Source: Eubacteriales bacterium (GTDB lineage: Bacteria; Bacillota; Clostridia; Oscillospirales; CAG-272). From it: 64,000 nucleotides of DNA. The notes beneath the pieces were generated by a model, which was not told the DNA's origin, did no database searches, and worked only from the letters and a program-made list of their open reading frames with translations. Location: assembly GCA_045585895.1 (NCBI GenBank), contig JAZMZI010000011.1, forward strand, positions 8,468 to 72,467. Direction: 5' to 3'. Position numbers and translations under genes: made by a program. Numbering within the stretch: position 1 is the first letter of the stretch; every line of letters begins with the position of its first letter. Positions 35,543 through 45,177 of this stretch are shown piece after piece.

Positions 35543-36490
35543 TTAAGCATTATTTTGTTCTGCGGTTTTCTTTTTCTCGGTCTTGCGCTTCTTCTTGCGG
35601 AATATTGCCTTGACTATGACAAGGACAACGACGGCGAATATGATCGCAACTATGCCGACGGGAAGAAGGACGGGTGTTACCGCCGCCAAAACGATGGCGA
35701 TACCTTGGGCAAGCGTGACCGAAACGTCGAGACCTCCGAGAAAAGCGTCCTTAAGCTCGGTGAAAAAGTCTTTTTCTTCCTCGGCTTCGGTATATTCCTC
35801 AACCTCTGATACGTAGAGATGCACCGTTGAGTAGGCTACCTTGTTGTCGTAAAGCTTAAGCTGGGTTTTGTAGGATTCGATCTCCTCAATGACCGAATAG
35901 AGCTGATCCTGAAGGCGGAGCATTGTGTCGACGTCCTTGTAATCTGTGTAATTGTCGTACATTTTTTGCAGAGATTCCTTTTGAAGCTCAAGCACCTCTA
36001 TCCTCGACTGGATATCGTAGTATTGATTGGTAACCTCGTCCATATTGGAAGAGGAGCTTGTGACGTTGAGCATTCCGCCGATCTCGCGGTTGAACTCGTC
36101 AAAACGGTCTGCGGGGATACGGATGGTAAAATTTGCGTATCTTTTCGTTTCTTCGCCGTTTGAATTGAGGCTTTTGCCGCTGACCGTGGAGCTTTCGATA
36201 TATCCTCCGACGTCGTTGCAGAGTGCGGTGATAGCGTCGATACATTCGTCGAATTTCGTGGTTTCTGCGTTGACGGTGGCGGTGCGGATGATCTTGCGAG
36301 AGTATTCTCCCTCATTTTCCTTTAACGAAGTGTCGTTGAGGTCGAGATCGACGGCGCTGCCCGCTTCGGGAGATTTGTTGGGATAAGACTCAAAGCCGTC
36401 CGCCTTGCCGTCTTTGGCATTGCAGGCGGTAAAGAGCGAGAGAGTGATAAGTATTGCAATGATTGCCGCTAAAATTTTGTAAGATTTCAT
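35543..36490 (-). CDS. DUF4349-like lipoprotein with a C-terminal membrane anchor
   Basis: Lipobox LSLFTAC. Coiled-coil middle region (QSRIEVLELQKESLQKMY). C-terminal TM helices and a KKKRK tail. The architecture is typical of DUF4349. Confidence 0.8.
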   Translation of the reverse strand: MKSYKILAAIIAILITLSLFTACNAKDGKADGFESYPNKSPEAGSAVDLDLNDTSLKENEGEYSRKIIRTATVNAETTKFDECIDAITALCNDVGGYIESSTVSGKSLNSNGEETKRYANFTIRIPADRFDEFNREIGGMLNVTSSSSNMDEVTNQYYDIQSRIEVLELQKESLQKMYDNYTDYKDVDTMLRLQDQLYSVIEEIESYKTQLKLYDNKVAYSTVHLYVSEVEEYTEAEEEKDFFTELKDAFLGGLDVSVTLAQGIAIVLAAVTPVLLPVGIVAIIFAVVVLVIVKAIFRKKKRKTEKKKTAEQNNA

Positions 36491-36819
36491 ATTTGTAACC
36501 TTTCTGCCGCAAAGCGACCGTTTTTTAGGGAGATCTTTCCCCTTCTACTTATAAAGTCGCTGATTTTTCGGAAAGGTTACGGAATTTCGGGAAAAAATTG
36601 AAAAATTTTCCGTTTTTATTTGCAGTCCTGTTTATCGTACACCTATCGCGATAAAATATAAGTGTAAAGCCGATGGCGGCGACGCGTTTTAGGTTTCGTT
36701 TCTTTTTTTTCTCACTTTTCTTTTATCACTTTTTTCTCTCTTTCTTTCGGCGCTTTGGTTTACCTGCCACGCCCGTTTCGCGTCGTCGCTCTCGGCTGTC
36801 TCTTGAAAGGAGCTTTGTT

Positions 36820-37401
36820 ATGTATAAATACTATAACGCCCATCCTAAAGGATTTTGGGTTGACGATTGCATTGACCGCGCCATTGCGGTCGCCACCAGA
36901 ATGGAGTATAGCGAGGTCAAGGACGGACTTTGTGAGCAAAATCGAATAGATCAGGAGAGAGGTTTGGCTACTTCCAAAGACCCGAGACGTTTTCTTGAGG
37001 ACTCTCTCGGCGCAAAAAGGTTCGTGTTTTCAAACCGCGGGCCTTGGAAAATGACCGCCGAAAGGTTCAGCAAGAGCTACAGAAACGGAAGATATATCCT
37101 TGATATGGGTTGGCACTTTGCCGCCTGCGTCAACGGTGTGTTGCTCGATACTTGGGATCCCAGTGACGAGACCGTGCGCGCCGCTTATCTCGTCACACCC
37201 GTAAAAGACGAGCAGAAGATCACTCTGCGATTCTGTTATACCGTGTCAAAGGTGACCGACGATGAAACCAGTGTCACTTTTTACGACGGGAACGGCAGAT
37301 CCACGGCTAAAACTCTTTCAAAGGATGATGCCGAAAATTATATCGAGAGCCTTAAAAGGCGCGGTTATCCCGATATGACGGATGCGCGCGAATGGCTTTG
37401 A
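36820..37401 (+). CDS. Hypothetical protein (193 aa) with a possible papain-like Cys/His/Asp arrangement
   Basis: The ATG at 36820 is preceded by GAAAGGAG. N-terminal YNAHPKGFWVDDCIDRAIAVA (candidate nucleophile Cys) and DMGWHFAACVNGVLLDTWD (candidate His/Asp). The track start at 36673 adds a translated polypyrimidine tract and is rejected. Confidence 0.7.
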   Translation: MYKYYNAHPKGFWVDDCIDRAIAVATRMEYSEVKDGLCEQNRIDQERGLATSKDPRRFLEDSLGAKRFVFSNRGPWKMTAERFSKSYRNGRYILDMGWHFAACVNGVLLDTWDPSDETVRAAYLVTPVKDEQKITLRFCYTVSKVTDDETSVTFYDGNGRSTAKTLSKDDAENYIESLKRRGYPDMTDAREWL

Positions 37402-37420
37402 TCTGATGCAATGATACGTA

Positions 37421-37460
37421 AAAACTCCCCGAAACGTTCGGTTTCGGGGAGTGATTGTTT
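37421..37460. terminator. Bidirectional intrinsic terminator
   Basis: CTCCCCGAAAC (37425-37435) / GTTTCGGGGAG (37441-37451), with an A-run before and a T-run after. Confidence 0.75.
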
Positions 37461-38839
37461 TAAAGGAGGTTTCTGAAATCCTCAATTCTGTGGAAGGTGG
37501 AATAATTTGCGTCGTGGTAGTTCCTTGCATTGTTCATCGACGTGCGGCAGAGATATATGATATCGTCTCCTTCGATTTCAAAATCAACGTATTGAAATCC
37601 AACCTTGGAGGGGGCGTCGTGCCTTCGGTCGATGAGATCGCAGACCGTCTCCCAAGTCTCAAGGTCGCTTGAAGCTACGAGGGAAAGAAGATTCCTTGCC
37701 GTTTTTGGCTCGTCGATGCGTCGGCTGATGATCGAAAGATATTTCCCGCTTACCGTGTCTTTTTTTATCATGAATTTAGAGAGATTTCCGTCAAAATTTA
37801 TTGCGTGAGAGTATTTGAGAGGCGCATCGGGATCGTCGTCGACGAGAAACGCCAATATCTTCTTTTCGGCTTGGGTCTGGTAGCGCATTATGTTGTAAAG
37901 TCTGCCGTCGGGAGCGACCGTAAGCGTGCCTTCGATATTTCCGTGTCTGCCGTCGGGGGCTGCGCCGACCCAATTGGGGTCGTGAACCACGGGAGGGGTA
38001 AAGTGCCAGTTTTCGGGATCGAGAAGGTCTGCGTTTTCGTCGCAGGACATTACCATAGCGCCGTGAAAATAACCCTTGTCGAGCCAGCTGCCCCATTCGA
38101 GGGTTTCGTAAACCCGTCCGTTGTGGCAAACTACGTTTTGAGGGTTTTTATGGATGCCCGAATACCCCTCTTTTCCGTTTGAACCGCGCAGAAGAGTGAC
38201 GGGAGATGAAAAGCTCTTGCCACCGTCCTCGCTCTTACCGATAAGCAGGTCGCCGTATTCGGTAGATACGGAAAGCATATAAAGCTCGCCCTTGTGGATG
38301 AAGAGCTTGCCCCAGAAACAGGGCATAAGCTCGCATTGATAGTGCCAGCTTTTTCCGTCGTCGTCAGAACGGAAAACAAGGGTAAGATTCTGCGGTGACT
38401 CTCCTTTGAAAACGTCCATTGATGCCAGCAGATGACCGTCGGGATGACGGACGAGGGAAGGGGAGCAGAGCGCGCGACCGGAAAAGGCGTAGCAAGAGTC
38501 GTCGGGGTGGAGATAGTTGACGACTGTTCCTACGGTAGCGGCGCAACGCGCCAGACGGACACGGCTTTTTTTATCGCCTGATGTGACGTAAAATTCATAA
38601 TCGTTTTCGCTTTCAAGTCTCTCGATATCATATTCGTATTCTTGTGTATTGCCGCAAAAAACGAATTCTTCGCTGCCTCTTTTGCGGCAGAAAATTTCAT
38701 ATTTACAACCCTCGCCAAGGGGCAGCCATTCGAGATGAATAGCGTTTTCGGAGGGAGCTATACGGCAGATATAAATCTCTCCGACCTCCCATAAAAACGG
38801 GCGGTATGGTGCGTAGCTCCATTTAGTGCAACCTATCAT
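37460..38839 (-). CDS. BNR/Asp-box repeat protein, sialidase (GH33)-like, no signal peptide
   Basis: Asp-boxes SDDDGKSW and SEDGGKSF. N-terminal beta-sandwich-like ~90 aa. Start at 38839 (MIGCTKWSY...) with RBS AAAGGA. Confidence 0.75.
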   Translation of the reverse strand: MIGCTKWSYAPYRPFLWEVGEIYICRIAPSENAIHLEWLPLGEGCKYEIFCRKRGSEEFVFCGNTQEYEYDIERLESENDYEFYVTSGDKKSRVRLARCAATVGTVVNYLHPDDSCYAFSGRALCSPSLVRHPDGHLLASMDVFKGESPQNLTLVFRSDDDGKSWHYQCELMPCFWGKLFIHKGELYMLSVSTEYGDLLIGKSEDGGKSFSSPVTLLRGSNGKEGYSGIHKNPQNVVCHNGRVYETLEWGSWLDKGYFHGAMVMSCDENADLLDPENWHFTPPVVHDPNWVGAAPDGRHGNIEGTLTVAPDGRLYNIMRYQTQAEKKILAFLVDDDPDAPLKYSHAINFDGNLSKFMIKKDTVSGKYLSIISRRIDEPKTARNLLSLVASSDLETWETVCDLIDRRHDAPSKVGFQYVDFEIEGDDIIYLCRTSMNNARNYHDANYSTFHRIEDFRNLL

Positions 38840-38915
38840 TTTTTGATCCTTTCGATTTGGAAGATGATTTTGTTGTAAAAATCGCTGGTGAATCGACAAA
38901 ATATAAACAATATGT

Positions 38916-39845
38916 TTAAAAAACAACAATATGTTCCAAATAGTCGCTTGCTTTTTTCATCTGCTCTACACAACTCTTGGCATAATCGGTCATAATGCCG
39001 CCGTCGGGCTTTCTCGTGATAAGCTCGGTCTCAATACCTCGGAGAGTCATATTGTATTTAGCCGTGAGGGGGTAGGGAAGACCGCCCTCGATAAAGCCGA
39101 ACGTGCCGATGAACGACTGGATAAGCTCTGCCTTTTCGGGCTCTTTGCGGAAATTGTTGCCGAGCCATGCGTAAAGCTTAGGATGGAAATTGCACATTAT
39201 TCCGCAATATCCCCGAGCGCCCAAACGCAGACTTTCAAGCAGAGTTTGACAGTTTGCGTTAAGAAGCTGAAATTCACTGCCTTCAAGCTGACGGCAACGC
39301 TCTGCGATCAATGCGGCATCACAACAGGTGTCCTTCATATAGTGGAATCTGCCCGTGGACAGCGCCCAATCAAGAATTTTTGGTGTCACTAATCTTTTGT
39401 AAGGGTAAGGGCATTCGTAGAATCCCAGCTTCGCTTCGGGAGGGAGCTTTGCCAGCAGCTTTTCAGCGTTGGCGATAAAAACGTCGTCTCCCTCGTTGTT
39501 GATGTCGAGGCGGTTGGTTATGAGAATGAGCGCGTCGGTACCGCTCTCGTATACGGCGCAAAGCTCCTTTGCCTGTTCTTCAAGCGTGTTGGATACGTGT
39601 CCGGAAGACACCACCGTAAATGGGCGGTCGCCATTCGCTTCAAGTTCCTTTGCTCTCGCGTAAACTCTGCGGTTAAGCTCTATGCGCTCCTCAAGAGTGA
39701 GGAAAAAAATCTCACTGGATTGGCAAACGGCAAAAATTCCGTCGATGCCACTATTATAATAAAAATCAACGTATTTTTCTGCTGTTTCAAAATCAACAGA
39801 GCCGTCTTTTTTGTAAGGTGTTATCATCGTGGTGAAAATATTCAT
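38916..39845 (-). CDS. Dihydrodipicolinate synthase / N-acetylneuraminate lyase family aldolase (class I)
   Basis: MNIFTTMITPYKKDGSVDFETAEKYVDFYYNSGIDGIF.... Candidate Schiff-base Lys in HYMKDT. Atypical CQSSE in place of GTTGE. Upstream of the BNR gene and divergent from an AraC gene. Confidence 0.8.
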   Translation of the reverse strand: MNIFTTMITPYKKDGSVDFETAEKYVDFYYNSGIDGIFAVCQSSEIFFLTLEERIELNRRVYARAKELEANGDRPFTVVSSGHVSNTLEEQAKELCAVYESGTDALILITNRLDINNEGDDVFIANAEKLLAKLPPEAKLGFYECPYPYKRLVTPKILDWALSTGRFHYMKDTCCDAALIAERCRQLEGSEFQLLNANCQTLLESLRLGARGYCGIMCNFHPKLYAWLGNNFRKEPEKAELIQSFIGTFGFIEGGLPYPLTAKYNMTLRGIETELITRKPDGGIMTDYAKSCVEQMKKASDYLEHIVVF

Positions 39846-39940
39846 AAGGTCACCGTCCTTTCCATGTTGATTATACAACAAATCAAGAATAATTTCAATA
39901 CGTAATTTAGGACTTAATTTTATATTTTTCGGACATCCGA

Positions 39941-39969
39941 TTGACATTCTTCCGGAAATCTTATATAAT
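39941..39969 (+). promoter_or_regulatory. Perfect consensus sigma-70 promoter (TTGACA-N17-TATAAT) for the AraC gene
   Basis: TTGACA at 39941-39946, 17-nt spacer, TATAAT at 39964-39969. Confidence 0.6.
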
Positions 39970-40015
39970 CAAATTGTATGAATTTTAGCTATAACGCTTT
40001 GTTTCAGAGGTTTTT

Positions 40016-40888
40016 ATGAAGATATTATACCGTCAAAGTACGAATAGTGATAAGGAAGTAAGCGTTCTTGCGCGTCACGGCGTAAATAATTGCTATTTTA
40101 AATCGATAAAGCAAACGTCGGGTGAAGGGATCGGTACTAAAAAGCGACATTCTCACACAGGATTTGAATTTCATATTATGATCGACGGTAAGCAGTGCTA
40201 CGAGACCGAAAGCGGTGTTTTTATGCTTGAAGGCGGTAATGTCTTTGCCGTTCCCAAGGGTGTCAGACATTCGCTTTCGTCCTGCGATCACCCCGTTAAA
40301 AAGTACGCCTTTACTTTTGCGCTCGATAAGGGGGCGTTTGAGCTTGAAGGCTTGTCGAAGTGTGTTTTATTCCCGATATCCGAAAGGGTCTTGTCTAATA
40401 TACGAACCGTTGAAACCCTTGATAAGGATTCGGATTTTAAAGCAGTATTGATAGAGAATATAGTTTTTGAAACTGTCTGCCTGCTTTTAAATGAGCTTGG
40501 AGTCAGATCTGTTTCACAGGTCGCTTGTGAAGAAGATCCATACTTGAATAAAGACAAGGACGAACGCGTTGAGCTTGCCATTCAGTTTATCAAGGACAAT
40601 ATTGAGTCTCCCTTGCAGGTCGGAGAGGTGGCGTCCTACTGCTATATAAGCGAAAAGCAGCTTAACAGATTGTTTTTGAAGGATACCGATACTACCGTCG
40701 CGGCGTATATCCGACGTGAGAGAATGAAGAGGATAGAAGAACTGCTTTCAACTGCAGATCTTTCGCTTTCCGAGATAAGCGAACGCTTTAATTTCCCGAC
40801 GGAGCACGGATTTAATCTGTTTTTCAAGAAAAATAACGGTATGCCTCCCGGCGAATACCGTAAAATGACAAAGAACGGCAAGGATTGA
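40016..40888 (+). CDS. AraC-family transcriptional regulator (cupin plus HTH)
   Basis: 290 aa. N-terminal cupin-like HSHTGFEFHIMIDG. C-terminal HTH_18-type region (VASYCYISEKQLNRLF...ISERFNFPTEHGFNLFFKKNNGMPPGEYR). Confidence 0.9.
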   Translation: MKILYRQSTNSDKEVSVLARHGVNNCYFKSIKQTSGEGIGTKKRHSHTGFEFHIMIDGKQCYETESGVFMLEGGNVFAVPKGVRHSLSSCDHPVKKYAFTFALDKGAFELEGLSKCVLFPISERVLSNIRTVETLDKDSDFKAVLIENIVFETVCLLLNELGVRSVSQVACEEDPYLNKDKDERVELAIQFIKDNIESPLQVGEVASYCYISEKQLNRLFLKDTDTTVAAYIRRERMKRIEELLSTADLSLSEISERFNFPTEHGFNLFFKKNNGMPPGEYRKMTKNGKD

Positions 40889-40905
40889 CCTTGCCGTTCT
40901 TTTCC
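40874..40905. terminator. Hairpin terminator shared by the convergent AraC and valS genes
   Basis: AACGGCAAGG (40874-40883) / CCTTGCCGTT (40889-40898), then CTTTTCC. Confidence 0.6.
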
Positions 40906-40913
40906 GTATAAAA

Positions 40914-43559
40914 TTAACCTAATTTAGAGATAGCTGCGAGGATACCGTCGAGGTTTTCGCGGTATTTAGCCATCTTTGCCTTTTCGCCCTCAACGACTGC
41001 GGCGGGAGCCTTGGCTACGAAGCCTTGGTTGGAGAGCTTTTTCTCGATCCTCTCGATCTCGCCTTCAAGCTTCTTCTTTTCGCCCTCAAGTCTTGCCTTT
41101 TCCTTCTCAAAGTCGATAATGTCGGACAAAGGAAGGAAGATGGTAGCGGAGTCGGTGATGATCTGGAGAGCATTGTCTGCGCTGACCTCTGTTTCCGCGA
41201 ATGCGTCTGCTACGATAAGTTCGGAAGCGGATGCGAGGCGGGCGAAGAACGCCTCGGCAGACGCGAAGATGTCCTGATACTTGGTAGCAAGGTAGACCTT
41301 TGCTTTCTTGGATGGAGGAACGTTCATTTCGCTTCTTCTCGCGCGGATAGCCTTGATGGCGTCGATTATCTTGGTCATCTTCTCGGCGTCGGCAGTGAAG
41401 TTAAGAGCCGCAGAAGCTTTGGGATATTCGCTTATCATAATGCTTTCCGCATCGCGGGGAAGTGCCTGATAAATTTCCTCGGTGATGAAGGGCATAAAGG
41501 GATGGAGGAGCTTGAGGATGCCCTCAAGAACGTATGCGATGACGTTCTGGCAAACTGCGTTCGCCTCGGTGTCCTTTTCGTTAAGACGCGCCTTGGCAAG
41601 CTCGATGTACCAGTCGCAGAAGATGTCCCATGCGAAGCTGTAGATAGCGCCGAGAGCAACGCCGACCTCGAAGTTGTCGAGGTTGGTAACTACGTTTTCG
41701 CAGAGGGAGTTGAACTCGTTAAGAATCCACTTGTCTTCAAGAGCAAGCTTGTCGGTCTCGGGAAGCTTTATCTCATCAATGGTGAGGTTCATTCTAACGA
41801 ATCTCGACGCGTTCCAGAGCTTATTTGCAAAGTTTCTTGCCGCCTCTATCTTTTCGTCGGAGAATCTCATATCGTTTCCGGGGGAGTTGCCGGTTGCAAG
41901 AGCGAATCGGAGCGCGTCTGCACCGTACTGCTTGATGATTTCAAGGGGGTCGATACCGTTTCCGAGAGACTTGGACATTTTTCTGCCCTGCGCGTCTCTG
42001 ACGAGACCGTGAATGAATACGGTGGAGAAGGGTTTCTCGTCCATATGCTCAAGACCCGAGAAGATCATAAAGAATACCCAGAAGGTGATGATGTCGTAGC
42101 CGGTTACGAGAACGTCGGTGGGGTAATATCTCTTGAGATCCTCGGTGTTTTCGGGCCAGCCGAGAGTAGAGAAGGGCCAAAGAGCCGAGGAGAACCAGGT
42201 GTCAAGCACGTCATCGTCCTGTCTTACCTTTGCGCCGCACTTGGGGCACTTCTCAATGTCGGTCTTGGAGACCGTCATCTCGCCGCACTCGTCGCAATAG
42301 AAGGCGGGAATTCTGTGACCCCACCAGAGCTGACGGGAGATGCACCAGTCGAGGATGTTGTTCATCCAGTTGAAATAGTTCTTGGAGAAGCGCTCGGGAA
42401 CGAAGTTGATGCTGCCGTTCTCGACCGCCTCGATAGCGGGAGCGGCGAGGGGCTTCATCTTAACGAACCACTGGTCGCTGGTCATAGGCTCAACCGTAGT
42501 GCCGCAACGGTAGCAAACGCCAACGTTGTGGTCGTGAGGCTCGGTCTTAACGAGGTAGCCCTCCGCCTCGAGGTCGGCAACCAGCGCCTTACGGCAGGCA
42601 TATCTGTCCATACCCTCGTACTTGCCCGCGTATGCGTTCATCGTAGCGTCGTCGTTCATGACCTTGATCTGCTCAAGGTTGTGTCTCTGACCGACCATGA
42701 AGTCGTTGGGGTCGTGTGCGGGGGTGATCTTAACGCAACCCGTACCGAAGCCGATCTCAACGTAATCGTCGGCGATAACGGGTATCTCGCGGTTTACTAT
42801 GGGAAGAAGAACCTTCTTTCCAATAAGGTGCTTGGTGTTTTCGTCCTCGGGGTTGACCGCAACGGCGGTATCACCGAACATGGTCTCGGGACGGGTGGTA
42901 GCTACCTCGACGTAGCCGTCTTCACCGATAATGGGGTACTTGATGTGCCAGAAGTTGCCGGGCTGATCCTTATACTCAACCTCTGCGTCGGAAAGAGCCG
43001 TCAAGCAACGGGGGCACCAGTTGATGATACGGTATCCGCGATAGATGAGTCCCTTGTTATAAAGGTTTACGAACACCTCGCGAACTGCCTTGGAGCAGCC
43101 TTCGTCCATGGTAAATCTCTGTCTCGTCCAGTCGCAGGAAGCGCCCAGCTTCTTGAGCTGGCTTGTGATGCGAGCCTCATAGGTGTCCTTCCAGCCCCAG
43201 ACGCGTTCGAGAAATTTTTCACGACCGAGGTCGTATCTTGTAAGTCCCTCGTCAACGCGGAGTCTTTCCTCGACCTTGATCTGCGTTGCAATGCCGGCGT
43301 GGTCGGTGCCGGGTACCCAAAGAGTGTTGAAGCCCTGCATTCTCTTGTAACGTACGAGGATATCCTGTAAGGTCTCGTCAAGGGCGTGACCCATATGGAG
43401 CTGACCCGTGACGTTTGGAGGGGGAATAACTATGGAGAAAGAGGGGTTATTGTTATTTTTGTCGGGTGTGAAGTAACCCTTTTCACACCACTCGGCGTAG
43501 ATTCTGTCCTCAAAATCGGAGGGAGAATACGTCTTTGGTAATTCGTTGTAGGAATTCAT
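40914..43559 (-). CDS. valS: Valine--tRNA ligase
   Basis: 881 aa. HIGH-region [20 protein letters not shown] in [11 protein letters not shown]-terminal coiled coil. Confidence 0.97.
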   Translation of the reverse strand: MNSYNELPKTYSPSDFEDRIYAEWCEKGYFTPDKNNNNPSFSIVIPPPNVTGQLHMGHALDETLQDILVRYKRMQGFNTLWVPGTDHAGIATQIKVEERLRVDEGLTRYDLGREKFLERVWGWKDTYEARITSQLKKLGASCDWTRQRFTMDEGCSKAVREVFVNLYNKGLIYRGYRIINWCPRCLTALSDAEVEYKDQPGNFWHIKYPIIGEDGYVEVATTRPETMFGDTAVAVNPEDENTKHLIGKKVLLPIVNREIPVIADDYVEIGFGTGCVKITPAHDPNDFMVGQRHNLEQIKVMNDDATMNAYAGKYEGMDRYACRKALVADLEAEGYLVKTEPHDHNVGVCYRCGTTVEPMTSDQWFVKMKPLAAPAIEAVENGSINFVPERFSKNYFNWMNNILDWCISRQLWWGHRIPAFYCDECGEMTVSKTDIEKCPKCGAKVRQDDDVLDTWFSSALWPFSTLGWPENTEDLKRYYPTDVLVTGYDIITFWVFFMIFSGLEHMDEKPFSTVFIHGLVRDAQGRKMSKSLGNGIDPLEIIKQYGADALRFALATGNSPGNDMRFSDEKIEAARNFANKLWNASRFVRMNLTIDEIKLPETDKLALEDKWILNEFNSLCENVVTNLDNFEVGVALGAIYSFAWDIFCDWYIELAKARLNEKDTEANAVCQNVIAYVLEGILKLLHPFMPFITEEIYQALPRDAESIMISEYPKASAALNFTADAEKMTKIIDAIKAIRARRSEMNVPPSKKAKVYLATKYQDIFASAEAFFARLASASELIVADAFAETEVSADNALQIITDSATIFLPLSDIIDFEKEKARLEGEKKKLEGEIERIEKKLSNQGFVAKAPAAVVEGEKAKMAKYRENLDGILAAISKLG

Positions 43560-43599
43560 TTTTTCGTTCCTTTCAATATATTTTCTTGAATTTTAAACA

Positions 43600-43830
43600 A
43601 AATAAAAAATCCTGATATGAAAAACATATCAGGACGTAAAAATACGCGGTACCACCTAATTTACACTTCAAAAGTGTCACTCAAAGGCTTTAACGTTGCC
43701 ACCGTTGCGAGCTACACGGAAAACTCTTTCACCCACACCGCTCGCGAGCTACCTTCAGTCAATCTCTGTACGCGCTCACACCGCCCGCGCGCTCTCTGAA
43801 AAAGGGAAATGACTTACTCCTCTCGGTCAA
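43600..43830 (-). promoter_or_regulatory. T-box riboswitch leader of valS (specifier GUA, Val)
   Basis: On the minus strand: AGAGAG bay plus distal loop GGCGGTGTGAG. AGTA...GAAGGTAG specifier loop, with GUA at 43750-43752. T-box sequence AATTAGGTGGTACCGCG (43646-43662). Terminator TCCTGATATG/CATATCAGGA (43610-43634) followed by a T-run. Confidence 0.88.
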
Positions 43831-43852
43831 AGCGTTTTATATTTTACGATAT

Positions 43853-43881
43853 ATTATAACATTGGCTTATTGTTTTGTCAA
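43853..43881 (-). promoter_or_regulatory. Perfect consensus sigma-70 promoter (TTGACA-N17-TATAAT) driving the valS T-box leader
   Basis: On the minus strand, TTGACA at 43876-43881, 17-nt spacer, TATAAT at 43853-43858. Confidence 0.6.
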
Positions 43882-43965
43882 TAGCTTTTGATAATTTTAC
43901 CCAAATTTGCGTTATGATCTTCCGAAAACCTACTTGCTTATATGCAATAAATATAAATAAACATC

Positions 43966-43994
43966 TTGATTAATCACTTTCTTTGTGATATAAT
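43966..43994 (+). promoter_or_regulatory. Sigma-70 promoter with extended -10 (TTGATT-N17-TGATATAAT) for the LysR gene
   Basis: TTGATT at 43966-43971, TATAAT at 43989-43994. The 10-bp palindrome TGATTAATCA (43967-43976) overlaps the -35. Confidence 0.5.
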
Positions 43995-44034
43995 ATAAAA
44001 TCATAGATATCAGACTGTAAAGTGAGGGATGACG

Positions 44035-44958
44035 ATGAATATACTTCACATGAAATATGCGGTCGAGGTAGCTCGCCTCGGTTCTCTGAACAAAGCCGCT
44101 GAAACGCTGAGAATAGCCCAGCCCAATATAAGCCGTTCCATCAAGGAGCTTGAGGCGGACTTGGGTATAACTATATTTAACAGAAGCGCAAAGGGAATGG
44201 AGCTCACTCCCGACGGCGAAGAGTTTCTTGACTATGCCCGTGATATTTTGCACAGGATAGACAAAATGGAGCAATCCTACCGCGACGGCTCACATAAAAA
44301 ACATAAGTTTTCTATCTCCGTGCCCCGCGCGTGTTATATATCTGCGGCTCTTGCCGAGTTTTCAAAAAGCATAGGCGATGAAGACGTGGAGATCTATTAC
44401 AAGGAGACTAACTCCAAGAAGACCGTAAAGAAGCTTTTGGAAAACGAGTACAAGCTCGGCATAATCCGTTACTCCGAAAATTACGACAGATATTATAAAA
44501 CTATGCTTGAAGAGAAGGGATTGAATTACGAGCTTGTTGCTGAGTTTTCTTACGTTCTTTTGATGAGCCGCGATAATCCTCTGGCGCAGAAGGAAACGAT
44601 AACCTACGACGATCTCTCGTCTTATATAGAGATCGCTCACGCAGACCCGTACGTGCCTACCCTTTCAATGTCAAAGGTGTTCCGCGAGGAGCTTCCCGAT
44701 AATATAGGTCAGAGAATATTTATCTTCGAAAGAGCGAGCCAGTTCGATCTTCTTTCGGAAAATCCGAAAACCTTTATGTGGGTATCCCCCGCATCTCAGC
44801 AGATACTTGACAGATACAATCTGGTTCAGCGGGTATGTGAGGGCAATAAGAAGATCTATAAAGACGTTCTTATCTACCATAAGGGATACAGGCTGACGAA
44901 GCTTGATAAGGATTTTATTACCTCGCTTTGCGATGCACGGAGAAAATTCATAAAATAA
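44035..44958 (+). CDS. LysR-family transcriptional regulator
   Basis: MNILHMKYAVEVARLGSLNKAAETLRIAQPNISRSIKELE (winged HTH) plus a substrate-binding domain. The ATG at 44035 has better RBS spacing than 44029. Confidence 0.9.
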   Translation: MNILHMKYAVEVARLGSLNKAAETLRIAQPNISRSIKELEADLGITIFNRSAKGMELTPDGEEFLDYARDILHRIDKMEQSYRDGSHKKHKFSISVPRACYISAALAEFSKSIGDEDVEIYYKETNSKKTVKKLLENEYKLGIIRYSENYDRYYKTMLEEKGLNYELVAEFSYVLLMSRDNPLAQKETITYDDLSSYIEIAHADPYVPTLSMSKVFREELPDNIGQRIFIFERASQFDLLSENPKTFMWVSPASQQILDRYNLVQRVCEGNKKIYKDVLIYHKGYRLTKLDKDFITSLCDARRKFIK

Positions 44959-45177
44959 ACTATCTTTATTCCGAAAATCTTTTAGAGATTCATACCTTTA
45001 TATCCTCAGTGATATTACCGATATAACATTTTAATAATTCCCAAGTGCGCGTATTTGTGATAAAATATATGCGGAAATGTGGGAGTGCGACGCAATGCGG
45101 CATATTCTGTCCTAACGGACGCGATGTGCGGCGCGGCGTAACAGCGTATCGATCAATATATCAGGAGGACATATAAA

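Noticed and set aside
36673-36819. 49-codon N-terminal extension of the 36820 gene
   Set aside because: It is the translation of a polypyrimidine tract (FRFRFFFFSLFFYHFFLSFF). A strong RBS (GAAAGGAG) sits directly before the ATG at 36820.
41025-43370. 781-aa plus-strand ORF inside valS
   Set aside because: Antisense shadow of valS (HIGH and KMSKS are read on the minus strand). The composition is Gly/Val/Leu-rich and not protein-like.
45040-45075. Rex (redox repressor) operator upstream of adhE
   Set aside because: Only a half-site-like TTTGTGATAAAA is present. No matching inverted TCACAA half lies at the expected spacing. The evidence is not sufficient.
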